Source: a virus. From it: a DNA stretch of 64,000 nucleotides. The stretch is from positions 1 to 64,000 of the IMG/VR virus record IMGVR_UViG_3300011116_000655; one strand, written 5' to 3'. The translations under genes were made by a program, and so were the position numbers. This document shows positions 17,715-27,462 of this stretch, piece by piece (the stretch's first letter is position 1; the number at the start of each line of letters is the position of its first letter). The notes under the pieces were generated by a model. The model was given only the letters and a program-made list of their open reading frames with translations. It was not told the origin of the DNA and searched no databases.

Positions 17715-18072
17715 GACCTATAATAGCAGTAATAGCAATCCAACTTACTTTTGACTGATTATCTTTCCAAGTTTCAAGTGTTGTAATCTTCAACAAATTA
17801 GCTGTGTTCGTGTCTTTAAGTGTTTGGATTTCTTTATCTAAATCAGAGTGCTTTCTTTCGTACTCTGCATGTTTTTTACTGTGCGTTTCAAGGTCTTTGA
17901 TTCTTGCATACAATCCGTCTTGAGGGTGGTAAACAGCATCTTTTATCTTAGTTATGTCTTTTGCTACATCATCGTTACGTTCTTTTAGATTGTTGATAAT
18001 GTTCATCATTCGATCTACTTTTTTGTCTATCGCAACGATGTAATCCTTTAACTCACTAAGCTCTGTTGACAT
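17674..18072 (-). CDS. Coiled-coil protein with C-terminal TM helix (holin-like?)
   Basis: Heptads then WIAITAIIGLAA; GGAGG RBS; ACTATTTA upstream. Confidence 0.55.
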   Translation of the reverse strand: MSTELSELKDYIVAIDKKVDRMMNIINNLKERNDDVAKDITKIKDAVYHPQDGLYARIKDLETHSKKHAEYERKHSDLDKEIQTLKDTNTANLLKITTLETWKDNQSKVSWIAITAIIGLAAKQLWDLLILK

Positions 18073-18111
18073 TTACCAATCCCTCCAAGACAGCACTACA
18101 AATAAATAGTG

Positions 18112-19677
18112 TTATTGCTGAACAATGGAATAATTAGTTGTTATTAAAGTTCCTGCCGCTGATGCTGCATTTTGTATTGCACACCTTGTAACTTTAACGG
18201 GGTCGATAACACCAGCGTCCATCATCATAATAATTTTACGATGTAGGAAATCATAACCAGCATCAAATACTTCTGATTTAACCATAGATACAATAATGTC
18301 GGGAGATTCACCAGCATTTAGTGCCATTTGTCTAATTGGCTCTTCTGCTGCCCTAAGTACAATCTTGACTCCTAAAGCCTGTTCCTCGTTGTCTGTAGTC
18401 ACTTCTAGACCTTCTGTGGCTCTAATAAGTGCTACGCCACCACCTGGGACTATACCCTCTTGTTGGGCACTACGGACGGCTTCTAGGGCATCTTCAATAC
18501 GATGCTTCTTCTCAATCATTTCGACTTCTGTTGCAGCACCTACACGAATAATGCCAATACCAGAAGCAAGACGAGTAATACGCTCCTGTAAACGTTCACA
18601 TTCATACATATTCTCCGTCTGTTGTAGTTCTGCTTTGATGATATCGATTTGTCTATCAACTTCTTCCATACCACCATGACCGCCAACAATTGTAGTTAAA
18701 GACTTAGCAATCTCAATTTTCTTGGCTCTACCAAAATCCTTAAGTTTAACGTCAGACATTTTTGTGCCATTTTCTGTTGCAATAAAGTTTGCACCTACAG
18801 AGATAGCAAGATCTTTCATGATGTTTCTACGCTCTTCACCATAACGAGGAGCTTTAACTGCTGCAACCTTCATTGTGCCTCTCATAGCATTCATGATAAG
18901 CGCAGCAAGGGCTTGACCTTCAATTTCATCTGCAACAATTACAAATGGTTTTCCTTCTCTTGCAATAAGTTCAAGAACAGGTAGCATATCTTGTACAGAA
19001 TCAAATTTACGATCTGTTACAAGAATGTAGGGATCTTCATATTTAACTACACCCCTTCTTTCATCATTGATAAATGCTGATGCGAGATAGCCCGAATCGA
19101 AACGAAAACCCTCAACAATATCAAGAGAAGTATCGACAGAGCGTGCTTCTTCAATAGTAATCGAACCATCTTTACCTACCTTGTCTACAGCAGTAGCAAT
19201 TAATTTGCCAATTGTTCTATCGTTATTAGCAGAGATAGAAGCAACGTGTTCAATATCTTCTTCTGAAGAAATTGGTTTTGCAATCTGAGCCAAACGTGTG
19301 ACAACAGATTCTACTGCTTTATCAATACCTCGCTTTAGCTCAATAGGAGATACACCAGCAGTTAGGTATCGTTGAGCTTCACGAAGAATAGCTCGCGAAA
19401 GAACAACAGATGTAGTAGTACCATCACCAGCAAGTGTGGCTGTTTGTTGTGAGGCTTGTTTGATTACTTGCGCCCCTAGATTCTCAAATGGGTCAGACAA
19501 CTCAACAAAATTAGCTACAGTTACACCATCTTTTGTAATGATTGGTGTTTTGCCTTTCTCTTGAAGAATTACATTTCTGCCTCTTGGGCCTAATGTTGAA
19601 GATACATTATCTGCCAATACATTAGCACCCTTCAATAATGCTTCGGACAAAGTACGTCCATCACAATACTGTTTCAT
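18112..19677 (-). CDS. groL: Chaperonin GroEL
   Basis: TLGPRGRNV, ITKDGVTVA, AGDGTTT, GIVPGGG, VIDPVKV; no GGM tail. Confidence 0.97.
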   Translation of the reverse strand: MKQYCDGRTLSEALLKGANVLADNVSSTLGPRGRNVILQEKGKTPIITKDGVTVANFVELSDPFENLGAQVIKQASQQTATLAGDGTTTSVVLSRAILREAQRYLTAGVSPIELKRGIDKAVESVVTRLAQIAKPISSEEDIEHVASISANNDRTIGKLIATAVDKVGKDGSITIEEARSVDTSLDIVEGFRFDSGYLASAFINDERRGVVKYEDPYILVTDRKFDSVQDMLPVLELIAREGKPFVIVADEIEGQALAALIMNAMRGTMKVAAVKAPRYGEERRNIMKDLAISVGANFIATENGTKMSDVKLKDFGRAKKIEIAKSLTTIVGGHGGMEEVDRQIDIIKAELQQTENMYECERLQERITRLASGIGIIRVGAATEVEMIEKKHRIEDALEAVRSAQQEGIVPGGGVALIRATEGLEVTTDNEEQALGVKIVLRAAEEPIRQMALNAGESPDIIVSMVKSEVFDAGYDFLHRKIIMMMDAGVIDPVKVTRCAIQNAASAAGTLITTNYSIVQQ

Positions 19678-19721
19678 AAAAACTCCGTGTAAATGTTAAT
19701 GTAATCTTATTTTATTAAGTG

Positions 19722-20933
19722 TCAAGACTTTTTTTGATCTGACACAGCAGAAGTCATTTCCACTAGTGTATCTTTGATTCTTCCTGCTGTGTCTGATGCG
19801 TCTTTACCAGAAACTGCATCATTATTGATTAAAAATGTTTTTGTTTTAAAATAAACATCATCAACGTCAACTAATAATTCTTTCATTTTTTCTCTAAAAA
19901 TTTGGATTTCGTGAGCTTGAGCAGAACAAATAGTTGCTACATCTTCTTGTGTAAGAGACAATTCAAATTTACTAAGTGTTCTTGCTTTATTAAAAAATAT
20001 GTCTTTTGGTATAGCAAATGATGTTATTTTTTCTGTATCGCTAACACCATAATCTCTCATTAAATCAATTTTTTCTTGTTCGCCTTTTGTTTCTTTGAAT
20101 TCATAAAATAACTGTAATTGTCCATTTGGTTCATTTATTGCAATCTGAGGATTATGATTAGAAGGAAATGATAAAAATATATCTAAACTAATAAAAGATA
20201 TATTAAATTGTAGCGTTGTTTCTGAGGTTTTTGTAACTATAAGAAACCATAATTTGTCACTTTTACCAGTTTGGCTTCTTGATATTATGTTATTGTAGTC
20301 AAAGAAAGCCAACATATTTTGTAAAGAACCTTTGACAGAAGTAGATGGAGCCGTTAATTTTAAAGACCAATATTCACCATCATCATCAATAAGGTCATAA
20401 ATTGAATATTGATGTGGAGAAATTGTAACATTTTTTCCACCCAAAAATTCAATAAATGTTTCAAAAAATGTTCCCGCTGTTTGAGAACTGTAATTTTTTA
20501 TCATTGTAAAAATAGATGATGCAAACATAATATAAGACAAAGAGCTTGAAAAAGATTTTATTTTATTTTCTTTTATAAGATCTAATGCTTTTACAAAGTT
20601 TTCTAATCTTGTTTGTAAATTTGAACCTCTTGAAATTTTTTGTCTTAAAGTATCATAAAATACTTGTTGAGCTTCTGGTGTCTCTAGCTCTTGTGGCTTA
20701 CCTCTAGCTAATTTCTTTACAAAATATTCAATTGGAAGTTGGGAAGCATGTGATAGTTCACCTCTGCTTACTGGTTTTGGTCTATCTGCTAAATCGTCAA
20801 CCTCGTTAAGTAATTGCTTAGTTTTTTCCATACTTTCAAATAGAGCAAAAAGCTCTTTAAGATCCATAGCTTTTGATTGTTGCTTTGGACTTAAAAAGCT
20901 TTCTACTAAATTATCTAATTCGTTATTGTTCAT
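19722..20933 (-). CDS. Hypothetical protein with PD-(D/E)xK-like motif
   Basis: GTFFE...IYDL...WSLKL; ACTATTTA 5 nt upstream of ATG. Confidence 0.55.
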   Translation of the reverse strand: MNNNELDNLVESFLSPKQQSKAMDLKELFALFESMEKTKQLLNEVDDLADRPKPVSRGELSHASQLPIEYFVKKLARGKPQELETPEAQQVFYDTLRQKISRGSNLQTRLENFVKALDLIKENKIKSFSSSLSYIMFASSIFTMIKNYSSQTAGTFFETFIEFLGGKNVTISPHQYSIYDLIDDDGEYWSLKLTAPSTSVKGSLQNMLAFFDYNNIISRSQTGKSDKLWFLIVTKTSETTLQFNISFISLDIFLSFPSNHNPQIAINEPNGQLQLFYEFKETKGEQEKIDLMRDYGVSDTEKITSFAIPKDIFFNKARTLSKFELSLTQEDVATICSAQAHEIQIFREKMKELLVDVDDVYFKTKTFLINNDAVSGKDASDTAGRIKDTLVEMTSAVSDQKKS

Positions 20934-20951
20934 GATACTAAATAGTCGAAG

Positions 20952-21647
20952 TTATACAATAATGTCAGCAATACCAAGTTTTACTGCTTCTTCCGCTGAA
21001 AGATAGACGTTTACTTTCTTATCAATCATTTTCTTAAGTTGGCGGAATGACATATTGGTTTCTGCTGCAAGTGCTTTTAGATAAGCATTTTGAATGTATC
21101 GAATTTCATCCATTTCATTTTCAAGATTGTGAAGTGGACCAGCGTTACCACCAATTACTGAATGAATCATTACACGACAGTTCTTTCCAATTCTACGCTC
21201 ACCTTTAGTACCAGCAGCAAGAAGAAGAACACCAGCGGACATTACTTTACCAACACCAAATGTAATAATGTCACATTTGTTTTTGATAACTCGCATAATG
21301 TCATAAAGCGCAAACATATCATCTGCACTACCACCTGGGGTATTGATAATAAACTCAATAGGTTCGTTCTCTGTTAGAATCTCAGAATTTGGATCATCTG
21401 GATTTGCTGGATACTCTGCTTCACAATTTTCGGCAAGATCAAGCATTACACCAACAATCTGAGAAATCTTGGCTTCCTCTACTTCACCAAACAGACCAAT
21501 CGTTCTTGATTCATCTTTGGCACCAGCAGGAGGCATAAAAAGCGTCATTGGCATTGTAGGTTTAGCAGTTTTTTCCTCTGCTTCATCTACCTCTTCATCG
21601 TGGTCATGTTCACCTTCGACTTTCTTACGAGATTTATTGAATAGCAT
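20952..21647 (-). CDS. clpP: ClpP-family protease subunit
   Basis: INTPGG, MSAGVLLLAAG, VMIH, YLSAEEAVKLGIAD. Confidence 0.9.
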   Translation of the reverse strand: MLFNKSRKKVEGEHDHDEEVDEAEEKTAKPTMPMTLFMPPAGAKDESRTIGLFGEVEEAKISQIVGVMLDLAENCEAEYPANPDDPNSEILTENEPIEFIINTPGGSADDMFALYDIMRVIKNKCDIITFGVGKVMSAGVLLLAAGTKGERRIGKNCRVMIHSVIGGNAGPLHNLENEMDEIRYIQNAYLKALAAETNMSFRQLKKMIDKKVNVYLSAEEAVKLGIADIIV

Positions 21648-21660
21648 TTATACCTCTTTG

Positions 21661-22044
21661 TTAGATTCTTTTTTCTTTGATTAGCTTCTCAGCGTACTTG
21701 GTAGCAGTATCCCAATTATAAAATTGTAAGTCTTTTTTCAAAGGTTGTGGATAGCTGCTGACATAATGTATGATAACCGATTCTTTCCAAGTTGTAAACC
21801 ACTTGTCGAAAAGAGCTAACTGAAAAGTTATTTGCTCTTCTGTGGCACCTTTTTCTTTTAAGATAATGATTCTCATTTCTCTTAAGTATTCTAACTGCTC
21901 TGCCATCATTATCAAGGATACTAAAATTCTATCTGAAAGTTTCCTTGTAAACTCTGTTGCAATTCCAATGTCAAAAATAAATGAAAAGATTCTGGAAAAG
22001 ATTATACCAGCAACAAAAAATAAAACCCATGATAAATAAGTCAT
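21661..22044 (-). CDS. Membrane-anchored hypothetical protein
   Basis: N-terminal TM helix; GAGG RBS. Confidence 0.65.
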   Translation of the reverse strand: MTYLSWVLFFVAGIIFSRIFSFIFDIGIATEFTRKLSDRILVSLIMMAEQLEYLREMRIIILKEKGATEEQITFQLALFDKWFTTWKESVIIHYVSSYPQPLKKDLQFYNWDTATKYAEKLIKEKRI

Positions 22045-22055
22045 GTTACCTCAAA

Positions 22056-22104
22056 CAAAAAACTACGCAGGATCATTATAACCCTGCGTAGTCAAAAGAG
22101 CAAC
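22056..22104 (-). terminator. Terminator hairpin overlapping a sigma70-type promoter
   Basis: ACTACGCAGG/CCTGCGTAGT stem plus T-run; TTGCTC-N17-TATAAT with the -10 in the loop. Confidence 0.65.
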
Positions 22105-22126
22105 CTTTATTAATTTATTTTATTTA

Positions 22127-22696
22127 TCAGACTAATCTACGAATAACACGTTTGAGGACTTCATTTATAACTTCATCATCTGTGAGGATTTCAATACCTT
22201 CTTCAAGTTTTTCATCCTCTTCGGCGGGTTCGGCAGGTTCATCACCCCCTTCATCGCCTCCCTCCATGCCGAGATCCATTTCCTCTTCTTCGCCTTCGCC
22301 ACCCATTTCATCAGCTAATCCAAGGTCTTGAAGGGCATCCATTACTGCATCTTTAATAACACTTTTTAAATCTTCAACTGAATCAAACTCTACTTCACCT
22401 TCGCCTTCCATACCTTCTTCTGGTTCCATGACAGAAGGCTCTTCCATATCCATATCTGCACCATCACCCATTTCGCCCATGCCCATGCCCATGCCTTCTG
22501 GTTCTTCCATTGCGTCCATACCCATTTCTTGAGGTTCGTCTTTACGGGCATAACTGGCACCGCCATACATTTCTTTTAATACTTTTTTACTTTTCTTATT
22601 TTCTGTAAGGAAATTTTCTGTTGCATTTTTGTCAATGTTAGCAAGTTTCATCCACTTTGCTACTTGACTTTCTGATAATAAAGGTTTCTTGCTCAT
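22127..22696 (-). CDS. Acidic Met/Gly/Glu-rich protein, scaffold or internal-head-like
   Basis: LLSESQVAKWMKLANI N-terminus; acidic low-complexity core; amphipathic C-terminal helix; late motif upstream. Confidence 0.6.
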   Translation of the reverse strand: MSKKPLLSESQVAKWMKLANIDKNATENFLTENKKSKKVLKEMYGGASYARKDEPQEMGMDAMEEPEGMGMGMGEMGDGADMDMEEPSVMEPEEGMEGEGEVEFDSVEDLKSVIKDAVMDALQDLGLADEMGGEGEEEEMDLGMEGGDEGGDEPAEPAEEDEKLEEGIEILTDDEVINEVLKRVIRRLV

Positions 22697-22754
22697 TTGT
22701 ATTGCTCCTACACGAATAAATAGTGTCTAAATTATAAAAATACTTTTTTTTTGA

Positions 22755-23072
22755 TTAATCTTCAATATTTTCTAATATATCAAAAATATTTTCTATTTCA
22801 TCCTTATTAAGAGCAAAGTCTTTTTCAAGTTCTTTGCCTTCTTTAATTAGTTTAATTCTTCCTTTTAACCTAATTTTTGGATAATTTATAGTTTTTTTAT
22901 ACTCAAACCACCATTTCATAAATTCATCGTTATCGTCTAAATAAGCATCCACTACTGTTCTAAGGAATTTAGCACCATTAGTTTGGTCATACCTTAATTT
23001 AGCAACAAGTTGCGCTGCCTTTGCAGTTGGCATACGAAACGATAATTTAGTTAATTCGTCTTTAGGTTCCAT
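22755..23072 (-). CDS. Ribbon-helix-helix-like protein
   Basis: KLSFRM...AKFLRTVVDAYL. Confidence 0.5.
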   Translation of the reverse strand: MEPKDELTKLSFRMPTAKAAQLVAKLRYDQTNGAKFLRTVVDAYLDDNDEFMKWWFEYKKTINYPKIRLKGRIKLIKEGKELEKDFALNKDEIENIFDILENIED

Positions 23073-24103
23073 TAGTTTCTGTGTAGGATATGTGTGTCGG
23101 ATTCTCTAGTTCCAGCAGAAGTTTGTTTAATGAATTTTGCTTTGGCCCACAGTTCGCGAATACTTCTAGCTCCAGAGTAAGATAAGCCAGAACGAATACC
23201 GTTTTCAAGTTGATCGATAATCTCTGATGTGCTTCCTTTGTATGGAATAGTAGTAGAGATTCCTTCAAGTGATGAAGTTTTACCTCTCCAATCAATTTGT
23301 GCATCTTTTGAAGCCATGCCACGATAAACTTTGCGTTGTTTACCATCTTCTGAAACAAGAATTTGCCCTGGCGTATCAGAGCTTCCAGCGAGAACTGAAC
23401 CAAGCATAGCAAAATCACAGCCCACGCCAAGAGCTTTAACAATGTCACCAGAATTTCTAATACCGCCGTCCGCAATAACCGTAACATTTTTAAAAGTTTT
23501 AGAACACTCCATTACACTATCCAATGAAGGAACTCCGTGACCAGTTTGAATACGAGTAGAGCAAATGCTGCCCCCACCAATACCAACACGAATTGAATTA
23601 GCTCCCCAATCAGCCAAATGCTCAATTCCTTCAAGAGTTGCAACATTTCCAGCCATAAAGTGGGGTCCATTTCCAAGTTTCTCCCTAAGAGTAATTAGGG
23701 CTTTCTTCATCAAAATGTGGTCACCATGAGCAACATCTAAACAAAGAATTTTAACACCACCTTCTACAAGGGCTTCTGCTCTTTCAAGATAATCACCTGT
23801 AATACCAATAGCACAACCAAATTTATGATTATAGATTTCTTGTGATACTGCTTCTGCTATTTCACATTGTCTTTGAATTGTGTTGTATCTGTGAATAATA
23901 CCAAGACCACCCATTTTGCCAATTGTGATAGCCATTTTATCTTCACAGACAGTATCCATAGGCGATGCAATAAGAGGCAGGTTAAACCAAAAACCTCTTT
24001 CTTCATCTAACCAATTACCTATACTTACTTCTTTGCGTGATTCAATATCACTATACTGTGGAACAAGTAATACATCATCGTATGTAAGAGCTTCACGAAA
24101 CAT
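23072..24103 (-). CDS. IMP dehydrogenase/GMP reductase family enzyme lacking CBS domains
   Basis: ALTYDDVLLVP, SPMDTV, GIGGGSICSTR, IADGGI, YRGMAS. Confidence 0.92.
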   Translation of the reverse strand: MFREALTYDDVLLVPQYSDIESRKEVSIGNWLDEERGFWFNLPLIASPMDTVCEDKMAITIGKMGGLGIIHRYNTIQRQCEIAEAVSQEIYNHKFGCAIGITGDYLERAEALVEGGVKILCLDVAHGDHILMKKALITLREKLGNGPHFMAGNVATLEGIEHLADWGANSIRVGIGGGSICSTRIQTGHGVPSLDSVMECSKTFKNVTVIADGGIRNSGDIVKALGVGCDFAMLGSVLAGSSDTPGQILVSEDGKQRKVYRGMASKDAQIDWRGKTSSLEGISTTIPYKGSTSEIIDQLENGIRSGLSYSGARSIRELWAKAKFIKQTSAGTRESDTHILHRN

Positions 24104-24291
24104 TAATCCTCCACTTCATTTACAAGCTTTACAAGATAATCCATTACTTGCTTATCTGCAACATAATAGTTATCACCAGCTTTAAATCCGTTACCCAATA
24201 ATTGCATAAGTCTAAGATCTGGATTTCTTTTCCACGCAATAGAAAGAAACTCTAGCATGTTATTAATTTCAATAAGTCTATCTATTTTCAT
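24103..24291 (-). CDS. Hypothetical protein
   Basis: W...PDLRLMQLL motif. Confidence 0.6.
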   Translation of the reverse strand: MKIDRLIEINNMLEFLSIAWKRNPDLRLMQLLGNGFKAGDNYYVADKQVMDYLVKLVNEVED

Positions 24292-24655
24292 TTAGAAAGT
24301 TCTCCAAATTTTGAATTATGTACTCTTTTGAATAACCAGAATCTGGATCTGCATTTGTTTCTGGGTATTGAACGTTATAAATGTCGTCTTTATAAATGAT
24401 AAAGATTTCTGGTACTCCATCAATGTTAAACAATTTAAACAACTTTCTTTGAGTTTTTGAATTTATGTTACCAAAATAAAAATTATCTTTGTATTGCTCT
24501 GCTATTTCATTAAAGATTGGCTTTAAAGCCTTACATAAATAACAAGTATTGCTTGTAAATTTAATCACATAAGGTTTATCAGATTTAGTGATTTCGTTAA
24601 AATCTTCTAAACCTAATTCTTTAACGATAGAATTATTTTTTATTACTATTTTCAT
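24278..24655 (-). CDS. Thioredoxin-family protein
   Basis: KF...CYLC...LKP...IDGVP. Confidence 0.8.
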   Translation of the reverse strand: MKIVIKNNSIVKELGLEDFNEITKSDKPYVIKFTSNTCYLCKALKPIFNEIAEQYKDNFYFGNINSKTQRKLFKLFNIDGVPEIFIIYKDDIYNVQYPETNADPDSGYSKEYIIQNLENFLNENR

Positions 24656-24947
24656 AATAAGTTATCAACCTTTCTGTGTACCATTTAATTTTTTTAAGGT
24701 CTTCTAGTGGAGTACCTTTATGTTTATAACGCATAATGTATTTAATTATATTAGCGGTACAAAAAGCTTCACCCAATCCTTGATCTTCAATAACTGTAAT
24801 TGCCTCAAGCTCACCAATATTGTAATGTTTTGGATGATCAACCATTTCTGTTTTGTTATTAGATAACTTTTTTAATTGGTCTTTATCCATAGCAGAACAA
24901 ACATTTAAGTAGTTTACCGTTCTTGGAAAATATTCATAATCACTCAT
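24633..24947 (-). CDS. DUF3310-like protein
   Basis: VDHPKHY...NIIKYIMRYKHKG...EDLKK..WY; start reassigned to MSDYEY. Confidence 0.8.
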   Translation of the reverse strand: MSDYEYFPRTVNYLNVCSAMDKDQLKKLSNNKTEMVDHPKHYNIGELEAITVIEDQGLGEAFCTANIIKYIMRYKHKGTPLEDLKKIKWYTERLITYYENSNKK

Positions 24948-25188
24948 TTTCAGCCTCCTTAATTGTATCCTCTGCCCATGCTTGAACATCTTTATAGCAA
25001 GTAGGACAGAAAAGCTTGACCTGTTTGCTTTCATTAAACACCATAACAGACCATGAAAAGGCTTGTTCTCTATTATTTTTATCATATGACGAATTACAAC
25101 CAGTACACTTCTGGGGTAATGCATCAAATAACATAGTTTTTTCTTGAATTAATTTGTTTTGCTTTCTAATTTTGCGTGCTGAACTCAT
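24940..25188 (-). CDS. Zn-ribbon hypothetical protein
   Basis: CTGC...LFCPTC. Confidence 0.65.
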   Translation of the reverse strand: MSSARKIRKQNKLIQEKTMLFDALPQKCTGCNSSYDKNNREQAFSWSVMVFNESKQVKLFCPTCYKDVQAWAEDTIKEAENE

Positions 25189-26207
25189 ACTTCAAATCCT
25201 TCAATAGTTTCTGGGTTTCCACTAAAGTAGATATACTCTAGCAAATCAGAACTATTATAACAAACAAAATCAATAAAGTCTTGTAATTTACCAAATGTTT
25301 CAAATTCAATTAGTTTGCCCTCATGGTATGCTTTAAATTGTCCAACTTCTTTTAAAATATCACACTTGTTAATAATTAAGTGTGTTGCTCCACCAATTTT
25401 AATTGCTTCGCATAGTTTATCAAGATTAAGCCAATTTACTTTTCTTCGCCTTCCTGTAGTTACACCATATTCTTTTCCTAAATCTCCAATCTTCATTAAA
25501 ATTGGATCTTCAAGTAAAGTTTCTGGGAACAAAGGGTCAGTACCAGAACGAGTATCATAAATCTTAGCACAAGCAAAGACTTTATTAATTTTTTGTGGAG
25601 CAAACCCTAGTGAACAAGCTGCATAAGGTAAGCACTCGCTAGAGGTAACAAATGGATAATTGCCATAATTAATATCAAGGTGATAACCCTGTGCGCCCTC
25701 ACAAAGAATATTCCCGTATAACTCTTCTTCTAATAGGAAGGTTTTATTTATTGTGCTATCTTTGGCAAGTAAACCCTTTCTGGCGGCTTTGTCTCGATAT
25801 GCTGGTGCTATACCTTGTGAAGTTGTGCCAAGGTGCCCTAGAGTAGATTTATCTTCTGCAATATGTTCGTCCGTAACAATGTGAGCTAAAGGATGAATTT
25901 TTACAAGAGAGGTATCTAAGCCACCCATAGCTAAGTCTGCTATTTCTTTATAGAAGGAGTTTAGGTTTACAACACAGTTTGGTCCAATAACAGATTTAAT
26001 ACCAAAGAAAATACCAGATGGAACAATGTGTGTAGCGTACTTTTTGCCATTATGGTAAATTGTATGACCAGCATTACTTCCACCATTCCAACGACATACA
26101 AAGTTATAATGGTTTGGTTTTGACGCTAAGAAATGCGTAATTTTTCCTTTGCCTTCATCACCCCATGAAGCACCATAAACAATGTCAACATCTTTAATAA
26201 TTCCCAT
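25185..26207 (-). CDS. purA: Adenylosuccinate synthetase (short form)
   Basis: WGDEGKGK, NAGHT, EGAQG, YPFVTSS, TTGRRR; start reassigned to MGIIK. Confidence 0.93.
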   Translation of the reverse strand: MGIIKDVDIVYGASWGDEGKGKITHFLASKPNHYNFVCRWNGGSNAGHTIYHNGKKYATHIVPSGIFFGIKSVIGPNCVVNLNSFYKEIADLAMGGLDTSLVKIHPLAHIVTDEHIAEDKSTLGHLGTTSQGIAPAYRDKAARKGLLAKDSTINKTFLLEEELYGNILCEGAQGYHLDINYGNYPFVTSSECLPYAACSLGFAPQKINKVFACAKIYDTRSGTDPLFPETLLEDPILMKIGDLGKEYGVTTGRRRKVNWLNLDKLCEAIKIGGATHLIINKCDILKEVGQFKAYHEGKLIEFETFGKLQDFIDFVCYNSSDLLEYIYFSGNPETIEGFEV

Positions 26208-26442
26208 CTTTAATAACTCCAAGTAGTTCAAAGGCAAAGAAACGTTCCAAGTATCCTGTTTCAAACACAAATACTTCGTGGAATTCCACAGACTCTGAAA
26301 CGTCAAAACCTCTATCATCATAAAGGTTTCCAAAATACATGCCGTCAATAATCATATTATCAACAGCATATCTAACAATGTCACCTTCTTGTGGCTTAGC
26401 GTCCTGTAGAACCGAAACCACCACTTCCTCTATCAGTCTCAC
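26194..26442 (-). CDS. Hypothetical protein (start uncertain)
   Basis: PQEGDIV motif; fills gap between dut and purA. Confidence 0.5.
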   Translation of the reverse strand: MRLIEEVVVSVLQDAKPQEGDIVRYAVDNMIIDGMYFGNLYDDRGFDVSESVEFHEVFVFETGYLERFFAFELLGVIKDGNY

Positions 26443-26821
26443 TCAATGACTCCACAAACTCAAATTGGTCAGTAGAAATCTTCTCTGGGATTGCTTGTGC
26501 TACCCTATCACCAATCTCCCAATCAAAATGAAGCTTAGAAGTATTGTGAAGAATCACTTTCCATTCTCCTCTGTAACTAGAGTCTACAACCCCTGCAAGT
26601 ACATTAATACCAGCTTTAGCAGCAAGTCCAGAACGTGGTGCAATTCGCATGTAATACTCTGGACTAAAAGATGTACAAATACCTACTGGCACAATTGCAC
26701 GTTCTCCTGGGCCTATTGAACCTTCTTCTGTAGCATAAAGATCAAATCCAGCGTTACCCTCTGCTCTTTGAGTAAGGTTGATAAATCCATTCATTTTAAT
26801 AACTTTTAGGTTAAGACTCAT
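26396..26821 (-). CDS. dut: dUTPase (trimeric)
   Basis: AGFDL, PRSGLA, GVVDSSYRGE, GDRVAQ, RGSGGFGSTG. Confidence 0.97.
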   Translation of the reverse strand: MSLNLKVIKMNGFINLTQRAEGNAGFDLYATEEGSIGPGERAIVPVGICTSFSPEYYMRIAPRSGLAAKAGINVLAGVVDSSYRGEWKVILHNTSKLHFDWEIGDRVAQAIPEKISTDQFEFVESLSETDRGSGGFGSTGR

Positions 26822-26832
26822 TTTTTCCTCTT

Positions 26833-27462
26833 TTAAATTTCAATAGTTAGTGGAGCATTATTTGGTTTATACGCTCTATCGCAAGTAGATGCATTAATGT
26901 AACACGTATCTCCAATAGTTTCAATTCCATATCCTTCATGAATGTGACCAAATGCATGATACTTTGGTTTGATGCGATGCACTACTTCGTCTAGCAGTAT
27001 AGGGCAACCAGCATTAATGTTTTCATAAGTTACATCACGAATCGTGCTTGGTGGTCCATGAGTAATTAAAAGATCAATGTTATCTGGTATTTGTTTCCAA
27101 TACTCTTTTAGTTGGTCATCATCTGCATTAAAAGCCCAATTATAAAAGCGAGGTTGCCAAGGAGAACCATAAATTCTAAGTCCTCCAACAGACATCATAC
27201 TATCTTGAAGATACCAAATGTCTTTGTGTTGTCCAAGCAACATACGGGCTTCATCTTGTCTTTTATAAAAAAGCCAATCGTGATTACCAGCAATCATAAT
27301 TTTAGTTTTTGCTGGTTGTCTGCTAAACCATTCAAGTACACGACTTACTTCAACAAAAGAGCCATGTGAAGTCATATCCCCACAATGAATCAAAACATCA
27401 GTAGGCTCAATCTTCACAAGATCGTGCCTATTGTGTGTATCAGAAATAAAAGTAATTTTCAT
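26833..27462 (-). CDS. Calcineurin-like metallophosphoesterase
   Basis: SDTH, GD, GNHD, THGPP, GHIHE; start MKITF. Confidence 0.92.
   Translation of the reverse strand: MKITFISDTHNRHDLVKIEPTDVLIHCGDMTSHGSFVEVSRVLEWFSRQPAKTKIMIAGNHDWLFYKRQDEARMLLGQHKDIWYLQDSMMSVGGLRIYGSPWQPRFYNWAFNADDDQLKEYWKQIPDNIDLLITHGPPSTIRDVTYENINAGCPILLDEVVHRIKPKYHAFGHIHEGYGIETIGDTCYINASTCDRAYKPNNAPLTIEI

Noticed and set aside
23062-23487. Overlapping 141-aa minus-strand ORF
   Set aside because: Alternate frame inside the GuaB/GuaC-like gene
25185-26207. PurZ / 2-aminoadenine (Z-DNA) pathway
   Set aside because: Keeps the PurA catalytic Asp (GDEGKG) and TTGR Arg; no DatZ or MazZ recognised nearby
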